64,000 nucleotides of DNA from Lytechinus pictus (taxonomy: Eukaryota). The notes under the pieces are model-generated. The model saw nothing but the letters and a program-made list of their open reading frames with translations, did not search any database and was not told where the DNA came from. The position numbers and the translations under genes are program-made. Positions within the stretch are counted from its first letter, which is position 1. Each line of letters starts with the position of its first letter. Location: positions 40,364,001 to 40,428,000 of the forward strand of contig NC_087245.1 of the NCBI RefSeq assembly GCF_037042905.1, written 5' to 3'. Of this stretch, positions 38,904 to 50,800 are shown in pieces.

Positions 38904-41900
38904 ATGTATTGCGTTGGACGCATTCGATCTCCATACCCCTGGGTCCTTGGTAGGCCGCTGCCCTGCGTCGGGCAAGCTTCTCCCGTTGCCATCAGATCAT
39001 CGATGGTTAACCCCTTGGATGTAAGCTCACATTATATTTCTGACGTGAATATGATCCATGATCCCACACATACACACACTCATGAAGGAAATTTTGCCAC
39101 TCTGATGGAAGTTGAGCAATGGGAACGCCCCATAAAACTTGAGCATTGATTCAAGCGTCATTAAAAAAAATGATAAACAACATAAAACGCTCATGAATAC
39201 TTTTTTCCTATAACCCCTTCTCTGACATATTCTGTATACAAATTGTCTTTTCCATTTTAACCTTTCACAAAAAATGGTAGGTATAAGTTGACATTACCAA
39301 TAATTGTTCTTTCTCTCTCTCCCTCCTCTTTCTTTCTTTCTTTTTTTCTGTTTGCCTCTCCCTGCCTCCCCCTCTCCATTTCTCTCCTCTCATTATTTGG
39401 ACTACAGTGCTACTCTCTTTACATGTATATTTTCTGACATAAGCACTTTTTGACAATCACACCCCCCCCCTCCCTCCCGGCCTAGCCTGCATCCGATTCT
39501 AAATTTCATTTCTGAAATACCAAAAAAAAACACTGTCCCTATGTAATCAAGTTTCTTCATCTTTCCATGATCACAAACAGAAGCTGTGTTGGTCTTACGA
39601 GGATCCAAATATCCCCTCCCAGTTCTCCCACCCTACCCCACCAGTCAATCACCTCACGGGAAAGCTCCTCCTAGAATGCCTTCAGAATTCCTCGCAGAAA
39701 CAGCAGCTTGAGGAAAGACTTCTCGTAAGTCTTTCAAATTTATCATGGAGTTGTAAAACAATGTTTAAAACACCCTTGACAATCTGCTCCAATTACAAGT
39801 TAGGGAAATAAGTAGAATATCATACTAACTTATATAATTCAATCACATGCTTCTGGATCTAAAAATATATATTTCTCTTGTACATACATTACATTGCATT
39901 CAATTCAAGTTACTCTTATTCAACAGTTTGATGTCAGACATCTCAGATGAATTCAAATCGCTTGTAAGACTTTTGGTTGTCTTGCCTTGTGTAAAGTCTA
40001 ATGAATGATGGAGGCAGATTATTTCATCTTTTTCCATTGGAGATTTTAACAGAATTATTAGTGGTACTTCAGTTGCACTAACCAATATGTACCAAAATTA
40101 AGTTTAGGATATCCAGGAATTATTGCTTTTAAACTTAGTCGGATCAAGCGGACAATTATTAGAGGCTGGTATACACACCCACTCTGATCAATACACACCA
40201 AAGATTAATGGCGGAGTATAATTGACGTTCAAACAAAAGAGAAAATTCAAAGCTTAATATGGCTGATATAAAAACTTAAATTTTAAATGTTATATAAAAA
40301 AAATAATACAAACAAAATTTGAATATAATATCAAACAATAGTTTGAATTATATTGCATAACATAATGAGATCTGAGGTAGATGAGTAAATGTTCCCAATA
40401 TTGAGTGCAAATATTTTCTGATATCTTAATAGTCAATGGATTAAAAAATATAATCAATTATATTTTTTCAATATGAAAATATTTACAATATGTAAAAAAA
40501 AATATTGTTAGTAATTGAAATTTATAATGATCTTGACAGAGTCTAGCATCAGAGCTTGGAGTTGAAGCTGATGGTGATCTCTGTAAGCTTGTGGACGACA
40601 TCAGCCATGGAGTCCATGAAGCCGAGGAGAGACGGCTGGCCGCAGAGAAGAGGGCTCGGGCCATCGAGAAGAAGAACATCGATGCTGCCATGAAGATTCA
40701 GGTCCTGGAAATGGAGCTGGCCGAGGCCAGACGACAGCGAGATTCTGTTGTTCAACATATTCAGGTAAAATTATTGTTTGTACTGATTTCATTGAGGTAA
40801 TTACATGGATACTTGTACTGCGATATGATTGCTCAAAGGGGTCAAACGAAAGCTCAGGAGTGAATTGAATCAACAGATTACCCCCTACACACACACCTCC
40901 AAAGAACTTTCTTATTGATAATCTAAAATTGTAAAAAAATGATATCCTACACTGAATTCAAATTATAGAAATCAATACAAATTCACTATTTTTAAATATG
41001 ATTTTACCATCATTAAATGCATTTCAACATTTCATAACAAATCATGATCTTGATCACAATGTGAAGTCAAACGTATAAAGAGGACTAATTTATTACATTC
41101 ATAAAATTTATGTAAATTTATTCAGGATCTGACTTGGCAACCAGCCCTTGCCTCTCCTGTTGCCAGCCAGACTGCTCGTGTCATTTGGTATGTGTTCGTC
41201 TGAATCAAAAGAATCTTTTTTTTTTTTTCTAATTGATATTCATTTCTATCTTGTCTATGATGTAGGAATCATGTCGATTTCTGGTACAGACCATAATTAT
41301 ATTTGTATCCATACATGTAGATGCACATACAAAGACATAAGTAAGAAGAAGTAAAGAAAAATAGAATGAAATTAATGATGAAATGGTTATAAGACTACTA
41401 AAAAGCATTATACAATTATGCAAACACACTCAAAATAGAAATTTCTTGAAATTTCACAAAATTTGATAGGTAATAAGGTGTTTCTTACAATAATTTCAGT
41501 TTTCCTGGGGATAACCAACAAACACCTCCCTTGGAACCATCCGACACTAGAGTAGCACCCAACCCTCCCCCTTCACCCGATCTTCCTTTCACACCCTACC
41601 TTCCCTCTACACCAGCACCGTATCCCACCACTACACCAGACACAGCACCCATTGACACCTTAGCTGTGCCCACTGGGTAAGAATGAAATGAAAGTGGGAG
41701 TGAGAACCAAACGAATTCAGTACTTATTATTATGTCATTTGAAACATAGCTTTCCTGGATATGATGAAGAATATTGTGATGCAGAGAAACAAAAAGAAAT
41801 AGATTTATATGAAAATGAAACTTTGGAAGCTTCATGAAGTAGATATTTTGGTTTCTAATTTCTACCTTCTCAAATTCTTATGGTCTTATTTCGAAGACTA

Positions 41901-44275
41901 CCAAGAACCAGTCCAGATGTGAGTTGTTTGGTGCCAGAAGTCAACGGTCCTTCTCCTGCTGCCATCCCTCTTGCTCAGGCCTCGGTGGCCATCTTTTCTT
42001 CACCACTCCCAAGCCCACGGTAAGACTTGATAAAGTTTTCTCGTCTTTTCTGCATTCTTTCAGGACCCTTGATGAAGCAAGATAACCATCAGCATTTGCT
42101 GTAAACCCGTCAAGGAATAACTTTGAAATGAGATTTCACACTTTATATTCCCGAATATCATATTTCCTAATCAAATTGAACCGAATATCATTAAACAGTT
42201 TCTGTCTGCTTTTACACCTTCCTAGATCACCATCAGTGGGTGGGGTTGTAGCCACCGCGAGCCAGAGCACAGCAGCTGCCCAAGTCACCTCCTCCTTGGT
42301 GTGGAGCATGGACGACCTCAAGCCCTTCCACCCAGGAGGTGGGGATGTCATCCTGGGCAGCGGGGTCAGCGCTACTGTCCAACTCTTCAGGCACAAGGTT
42401 ACCAACGAGCCCATAGCTGTCAAGATCTTCCAGCTCCCTGATGACATCCAGGAGATGAACGAGAAGGTTGGTCATTATTTATCACTCTACAAAAGCAAAA
42501 CATTGACAGGCCTAAACATGAACTCTATTGACTCATTGTTGAGATCAATTTGGTGGATTATATTGAATATTAAATAATGGAGTTCATTAGTGAAGAGTAA
42601 TCTTATCATGAATGAGTTCTACATGTACTGCAAAACAAACTGCATACCCTAAAAGCATTTATTATTTCTTTCTAAAGAACAGTAACAGGCGATGTAATCA
42701 TGGAGCTATGTAAAAGCTCCATGCTTTTTATAATATAACTCTTACAGCAGAGTGTAGAAAACTACAACGCGGGACCCATGTCATAAAACTTGTCATGACA
42801 AATTTAAAAGCTACTGAAACAAGTTAACTCGTAGAAATTATACAAGTCTTAATGAAAAAGGATCCAAATCTCAAACATCTTTTCTCTTGATAGATGGGCT
42901 ACATTGCTGAGGAAGCCGGCCTCCTTGACATCATAGGTCGCAACAACTGCTTCCCAAGCTACCTTGGCTGCCTCGAGACAAGCCTGGGGTACGTCGGCCT
43001 GGCTATGGAGTTCGTCGGTGACCCGGCCACCGGAGAGTCTTGGACTTTGGCGCGAGGTATGCGAGAGCTAGTGTTGAGTACCAAAGAGTGGTAAGTACCT
43101 TTTTTCATTTTAACAATGGATAACAAATGTCAAGAGGACCATGTATACTCTAGAAGAATCACCAAGGAAGCAAAAGACACCTTCAAGATCAGTTGGCACT
43201 GCTTGTTGACACTAATGGTTGATGTAAAAGTTAATCTCTATAGAATTCAGTTAAGCAGTCTCCTTTTAAAAACTTCTTCCAAATTCAAGTTGATGATTAC
43301 CGGTGACCTCTTCTGCTTTCTTTTAGGTATCAGCTAGCTCTCGAAATCACCATCTCCCTTGGTCGGATGCATGGGATGGGATACCTCATGAACGACCTCA
43401 AGGAGGACAACTGCCTCCTAAGGAAGACCCAGACGGGTCGTTGGGAGGCGGTGATCGTTGACTTCGGGCTGGTCTTCCCACAGACATCTCCTTTCTTCTG
43501 CCACCTTTCTCAGCAGGAAAAAGAGAAGTACAGGAGAAAGGTAAGTATATATGGCCAACATTCAAAGAGTTACCTACAATTGGCAACTGCTGGGGATTTA
43601 ACTTTATATTGTTAATTCTTAAGATAATACACTGTACAATTGCTAAAACAATTTATTTATACAATCATTTTGGAAGGAGGTGAGATAAGGTATGTTGATC
43701 AGCTTAAAACTTGTTTCCTTCCATTTAACAACCAAATATCATTGTTTTTTTTAAGTTCTCCATTTTTGTGTAGCCTATGCAATACACCCTCAAAGAGATC
43801 TTGTTCATGGAAAATAAATTGCCTTTGGATGAGTCTTCGCCTCGTTTACCTGATGAAATCTAAAAAATACGACTAAAACTAATCAATACTAATTGCTAAA
43901 GCTAAAGCTATGGTAAGATTATACAAAGTGCTTTGGAAACCATATATATATTATTAAAGAATGGTCTATAAACAGTACAATTTTAATCTTAATTCGTCAC
44001 ATTCCAGCTATACATGTTTCATTGTGTGGATTGTTTCTTTGTTTTTCAACTTACAGGAGATCTACACGCACATCGCTCCGGAGTGCGCCCTCGACGATCA
44101 GGGCACCACCGTCATGAGCGATGTCTTCCAGCTCGGACGTGTCCTGAGGTTGATGGGGGTCGCAGCTGCCTACGACGACGAGCTCAATTTCATTGGCACC
44201 GTCTGTACGCAGAAATCTCCCCTCAACCGAATGACCATCAGAGAAATCATCGAATACTTGGAGTGTTTGATGTAG
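38904..44275 (+). CDS. Atypical Ser/Thr-type protein kinase with N-terminal coiled coil and Pro/Ser/Thr-rich linker (572 aa, 10 coding exons)
   Basis: Exons 38904-39020, 39581-39724, 40540-40764, 41126-41187, 41500-41676, 41897-42019, 42226-42466, 42894-43090, 43327-43540, 44057-44275; GT-AG, phase-consistent, 1719 nt with no internal stop. Motifs: LGSGVSATV (Gly loop), IAVK, EEAGLL (alphaC), LMNDLKEDN (catalytic loop), DFG, HIAPE, SDVFQLG, PLNR. The four kinase exons are secure; the first two exons and start codon are less so. Possible non-coding exon ending at donor 38190|gtaagt. Confidence 0.82.
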
Positions 44276-44359
44276 ACAGGCAATGTATTGGAAAGGATGC
44301 TTTAATAGTCTCAGTTACTGTGGTATTTCAAAACAGGGAGGGGTACAAAAATACCAAAT

Positions 44360-44365
44360 AATAAA
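44360..44365 (+). promoter_or_regulatory. Candidate polyadenylation signal of the kinase gene
   Basis: AATAAA ~85 nt after the TAG stop at 44273-44275. Confidence 0.45.
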
Positions 44366-45208
44366 TTGCTTTAATATTTTCATTTCAAACAAAATTTTCC
44401 TTCTTTATAGATCATCCTAAAGTCAAGAATTGACAAGAGAAAATTTGAAAATTAATCATCAAAACTGAACAATGGCTGCAGATTTCACATCATTGTTTTA
44501 TTTCGGTCATATGGAAACAAACATTTTACTTAGATTTCGGAAATTGTGATTAAAAAACATCTTTTTTATATACATTGTCTGGGTAAGTATATGTAAATAT
44601 TTCTTTTATCTGTTTTATCTAGTGTCTAGAAATATGCTTGTACTAGCTGCAGTCAATTATGAAATTGAAGTCATGAAAAATAAAGTCTTTTAAAAAGTTA
44701 TAAAAAAACACAAACCAACCCCACAAAAAGGAAATCTAGTGGTTTTGACAATTATGAAATTTGACAAATAAACAAAAATATGAAGCTTTAAAAATTTGGA
44801 ACCACAAACAAGCTTGATAGTCACAGCTTAAAAAACAACTGCAGCAGACAATAAATATCTGTATTTTTGATCAAATTCTAAAATATTATTCTGAAATAGA
44901 AAATAGTGAAAATAGCAGAAGAAAGATCCAATGCACTTTCAAAATCAATTAAGAAAACAAGCAAAGGTCTAGTTCAAATTTGGCTAGAGATTGTAAGCCT
45001 GAGAGAATATTTTAAAAACTTTGGTTTGAAAAATGGAGGTGGAAAGATCGTTCAATCGAAGGTAGTCCATCACAGTGTAGAGCGGGGCGGGGCTCTGCAC
45101 AAACTTTTGTATATATCTTGAAAGTATAAATGACCTCCCTTGCCAAAACCAAAGGAATTTTTTAAAGGCTTTCAGCCTCAAAAATTTCGATGGAAAATTT
45201 ACCCTGTA

Positions 45209-45513
45209 CACTGTTTAAAAAAAAAACGATTTTAAAGAAAAAAGAAGATTTTGCAGAAAGCAATAACAGAATCATTCTGTAAATTCATAAAACAGGAAAT
45301 TTTTCTGCAATTTAACAGAACAGGTCTGTTTAAAAAGGGGAAAATTAATGGATGTTTTATTTAAGGAAATTTGTAAGGTTCCATTCACCAAATACCAATT
45401 TCCTGTATTTTTTACATGATAATGTTAGATTATGCATGCAATCTGATTACAGGTGTTCTCGAGACTCTGCTGCAGGAACTTCTTTTATTTTAAGGATAAA
45501 ATTTCTAACAGTG
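45209..45513. mobile_element. CACTG-ended (EnSpm/CACTA-like) MITE
   Basis: TA|CACTGTTTAAAA ... ATTTCTAACAGTG|TA. Confidence 0.65.
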
Positions 45514-45608
45514 TAGGTGGTGACAATTTTTATTTATTTTTTTTTCCTTTAGAAAGCAAGCTCCTCCTCCCTTCCGCCTTTGTGAATTCTGGATCTGCCA
45601 CTGAGCCC

Positions 45609-46129
45609 TGGGGAGACTTTCATCAATAGTTTTCATCTGAAAAGTTGCCAGATCTGACAATTTTCCTTGATCAGTTGATATTGATTGGCTGAGACACTCA
45701 GTTCCCATGGACACAATCGGATAGGACAAGGCTTGTCAGATAAAACGACTGGCAAGTCCTTTCATGAAAAACACTCCCTCGATGTGTTGATAAGTATTTG
45801 TTTTTCTAATGAATCCCATTCGACCAATCACAGTTATGCACAATTTCACATGATACATATAGTCATATATAGTCCTATATCAATTTGCCCACATATGTAT
45901 CCTTCAATCTGATTGGCTGATAGTAAATTTGTTGCAGAAATTGTGCATTTGTTATTATAACAAGTCTTCATAGTTCCCCGAGTCCCGTTTCATAAAGACT
46001 TGTTATGTATAATAACAAATGCACAATTTCTATAACAAATTTATTATCAGCCAATCAGATTGAAGGATTTCAGTAGCTTTTAACTGTTATTGTATTTTGT
46101 TATCACAACAAGTTTTATGAAACGGGCCC
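45609..46129. mobile_element. Cluster of Harbinger-like MITEs
   Basis: ~45609-45778 (GGGAGACTTTCATCAA..TTCATGAAAAACACTCCC) and ~45982-46129 (CCCGTTTCATAAAGACTTGTT..AACAAGTTTTATGAAACGGGCCC), with a partial inverted copy between them. Confidence 0.65.
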
Positions 46130-47835
46130 TGTCTGTCTGTCTTCTCTTTGATCTGTGGCCGGCTAGCAAGTCTAGCCCATTCCAAGTATTTAATCCTGTA
46201 CGTTGTGCAGTGCCATCAAATTTCACTCAAATTTGAGAGGAAATTTGAGAGGTTTCAACTCAATTGAATTCAATTTCAATCCAATTCCAATTCTATCTTT
46301 CTTTCTTTTACTCTCTTTGGCCCCATATTCAAAATTTTGGGGTGCCCTTTTCATACTCCAATCATAGTTTCGTAGCACATATTCATGTATGAGTGACAAC
46401 TCTGGTGATGTTATATTGAACTCTGATTATCAGATTCAGTACACTTTGGGAAAACCACTTTTACAAAAAAGTGCATAGCTCTGAAAAGGCTATAGCATGG
46501 AATTTCTTTTCCTTCAAATTTTAAAATTCTATTTTGAACACAATAAGACCAATAACATAGTAGCGAAATGAGTTAAAAATATCATTATGTATTTTGCTAT
46601 CCGCAATAACATGTTTGGTGACATACAGCAGTTTTAAGATTGTATTTTGGATTTATAAATCTAGTGGCGTAACTACAGGGGGGGGGGGGGGGGGGACATG
46701 GGAGGGGGGGGGGCACGTGCTCCCCCCATCGGCTGGCCAAAAAAAAACCCGCGGAAAATCTCCACTTTCTGTTTTATTATGTTATTACATAAAATCATAA
46801 TTTTTTCATTATTTCATACTTGTGTGAATAATATGTCTCCCTTATAATGAAATAAGTTGCAGCAATAAATATCTAATGCACTAAATCAGTTGTCAATCCA
46901 ATTTTTCTAGTTCTTGGAGGAAAAAATTTGAATAAACCTAATTTCATATAATAAAATACAAAAGAACAAGTGGAGATGTGACATCATCAGCCCACCTAAT
47001 GAATATTCATGACGACTGTTTTCACAATATATTGCTAAACTTTAAAATTCAATAACTTTGTTATTTGGTATCCGATTTTGATAAAATTTTCGGCATTTTG
47101 CTCAGTGAATTCAACTCTATTCATTAAGCTATACATACTTTCAGCCCGGACCATCCCTGTAAGTTCGGACTGGGGTAGGTTGAGCCAGCCATCATGGGGC
47201 AAGTTGAGCCATGGTAATTCTTATGGTAATGTATATTTAAAAAAAAAAAAAAAAGCCATCGATATGCAGGCAGTAAGGATCTGATTTACAAGACTGTTCT
47301 TTTCCTTTTCGAGGATGTCAGTATTTATAGAGAATTAGCAAGTGAAAAGACTTTGAATAAAAAATTGACATGCCGGTTCTTCCCCCATACATTTTGTACA
47401 TAGTTTTTGTGGCTCAACTTTATTACCCACAGATGGGGCAAGTTGAGCCATTTGACATCTCTATTTTCAAAGGTGACATTTACTCTCAGTGTATTGGTAG
47501 AAACTTATATATTGATGAAAAATATTTCAGAAGAATTAAATTTTTAAGCAAGGTACTTATTTCTACAAGATTATTAATCATATCAATTCTAACAAGCAAA
47601 AAGTGACACCGTTCACTGCGATTTCATTGTTTGTCCACTTTGTCCATTGGAGCGGATGAAAACGGATGGAGCCACTTGATTGTGATTGTCCTATGTATCC
47701 GTTGTGAATACGTTTTGTGCATGTCCGTCGGCCATGTGGGACCAGGCCTTTAGGTTCTTTGAAATTTGAAATGAATTCATTTCATCTCAAGGTATCGACT
47801 TTATCGGATAGGAAACCCCGTTCAACTTCTGCATT

Positions 47836-50800
47836 ATGGCTACCACAGGGACCACAGTGACGTCGAACCTGCTGTCGAACCCGATGTCGAGCTCGATGTC
47901 GAGCGGAACATCATCAGGAAGATGGAGATATGTGGTGCTCCTCACCAAGTTTAGTCTTGATTTCCTGACCCAGGGGCTCTTGAAAGCCTTTGGTGTCCTC
48001 GTCCCAGCCCTTGTCGACAAATTTGAGACCAACTATGGAACGATCGGTTTCATCTTATCGGTGGAGTTAACCGTGTTTTTCATGGCGTGTAAGTATCGCG
48101 ATAATTTATTTATTTATTCATTTATCAAAATATCTTTATACAGGATAACATGCTCAGATTGACTGTTTTTCAGCCAGGTCCTGTTAACATAAAATAACAA
48201 TATATACATAATATATAAAAGAGTAACTTGGGTTCTGTACAGTAATGAGTGAATTTAATAACATTTAAAATCAGAATTATCACTAATACAAAATTGTTCA
48301 AAGATAAAATACACTTAAGGCGACCGCACACCTTACGACTGGTCTGCGACCCGATTTAGGAACAAATCGCATTTTGCTCATTTTCTGAAGATGTGAAGAG
48401 AACATATCATTTTATTTGAGGTTGAAATTAATTGAAACAATAATATTATAACAATTTTGAAAGATTTCAAGCCCTTATTTTGGAGTAAAGACCAAATCAG
48501 GTTCAAATCGTAGCCAATCGTAAGACTGCTATGACGTCATTACGACTAGATATTAAATTCGCTTTTATTCTAAGAAGGATGATAGCATAGTCACAAATTT
48601 GATCATAGGTATTCGTACGATGATTTCGAACATTACACAGTAAGATATTCCAAGTCTCAATATTAGCATCAAATTCTATTACATTTTATTCTGAAATCGG
48701 GTCGCAGACCAGTCGTAAGGTGTGCGGTGGCCTTAACAGTCACAATTCCCAGACTCACCACTACCTGCCTCAGCCAGAGAACAATAGAATCAGTTGACGA
48801 AATCCATTGCTCTCCGGTCGAAACAGGCAATAGTGATTTAAAGAATGGTGACTGGTACTGTATTCATTTTTTTTTTTAATTGATGAAATGGGAAAACTAT
48901 CCTGTAGACAATACAATAACTGTGAAATATAAATTAAGATGTATGGTATCATTGACATAGTAAATACAAAATTCAACCAAATTTACGAAGGAAATTAAGA
49001 ATATAATTATCATTGAGCATATCAAACTAGACTTAAGTATAAAATTTTACAAAATAAATATCGCCAAGTTAAGTAATGGAAGCTTATTTGCTAAGAGTAC
49101 GAATTATATTACATAAAAATCATTCGTTCCAACATATTTGATATCCCAAATCATTAACACAATCAAAAGAGAAAAATAAAGTAAAGTGGAACAAAAAGCA
49201 TATAATATTAATTATTGAAATAAAACTTCTTATAAATCAATTTAAATGTTTCGATAGTTTGTGCATTTTGAATATTATGGGGTATGTCGTTCCATCGTTT
49301 GGCACCGGAACTGAAAGCTTGTTTGAAAATTGAAACAACGGGTGCAACTACGTTAAGGCTATCATTATTTCTTGTATGGTAATTATGTCGGTCACAGACA
49401 GAGATGTATAGCGTTATTAGTGTATATATCTCTATGGTCACATACCATTTTAATGTCATTACAAAGTTGGGGAGGGGCTAATCCATGTATATATTTAAAC
49501 ATTTGTGTGGCAAGAAATTATTCTTTTCGTTCATCCATATTAGTCCAGGATAGGTTTTTTACAAGTGTTTTAAGAGAAATATTTTGATCAAAGTTTCCAG
49601 TTATGTAACGTGCGGCTCTTTTTTGCAATCTATAATTTATTTTTATTTTTTTTTATCAGTAGTATTTCCCCAAATAGGTAGCCCATAATCGATGCAAGGT
49701 TGTATAGTCCTTGTTAATGGCTTCAATTCGACTAGGTTGTATTAATGATTTGCTTTGTGTATTTGGAAAATTTGTTATGTTGTGAATATTTTGACACTAG
49801 AAAAAAAAAATCGAGTACGTTGAGTTTTATTAGGTTTTATTGTAACACTAAAGGAAAAAAAGAGAAAATGTAAAGTGTTAACTATATGAGTGTACAATGT
49901 ATTCATATATTAATTTGTAAAGATATATTGTATTGACGTATGTATTTTATTTTGTATATCACATGTATGAATTGAAGTTGTTGACAAATAAAAACTTCTT
50001 AATACAAAAAAATTGTAAATTTATAAAGGGTGTTTAATAATGAAGGAATTAAAAAAATTCTTAATTTTCCAAGGGAACGGATCTTGAATCCAATGGATTT
50101 GCATAAGTTATTGACGTGAATGTCCCATTTAAGATTTTCATGTATTAAAACCCCTAAATAACGAATTGACTTAACTTGCTCAATTTCAATGCCATCAATA
50201 AATATTTTCATTACAACATGGGAGCGTGTTTTTAAAAACATACATTTTGTTTTGTCGACATTTATCTTTAAATGGTTTGGTTTATACCAGTCATTAAGGG
50301 AATCCATATTTGATTGCAATTTTGAAGTTATTGTCTCAACATCTTTACTAGTCTCAAATATAATAACATCATCAGCATAAATCGTCACGATATACGATAC
50401 ACAATACTTGTACATAGTCGTCACGATATACGATACACAATAGTACTTGTACATGTTTTATTATTTCCTAATTCGCTAGCTCAACTATTGAGCCTCTTTC
50501 TTTGCAAAAGAAACATATATACTATATCATTAATAAATTAGAATTATATTACCTAGAGATGCATCGTACTTCAGCTGCAGGGACAAGACATTTTCTCTGC
50601 TCTCTCTCTCTTTCTCCTTTGACTTACATTTGTGATAAAACAGGAATCAGAAAAAGGAAGGTATATACCTGGATTGTCAAAATTGGTTAATTGATAGACA
50701 TAAGTTATTAATGTTCTTGACATGAAAACTATATCTCCAATTATCTTATACGAAAAAGTCATTCGACACAGTGTTTAGACTCGTTCATTTATCCACTACT

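Noticed and set aside
42226..44275. Calling the kinase a pseudokinase, pseudogene or named family member
   Set aside because: Catalytic Lys, Asp, Asn and DFG are present and the frame is intact; no family-diagnostic sequence recognised, so no gene symbol is given.
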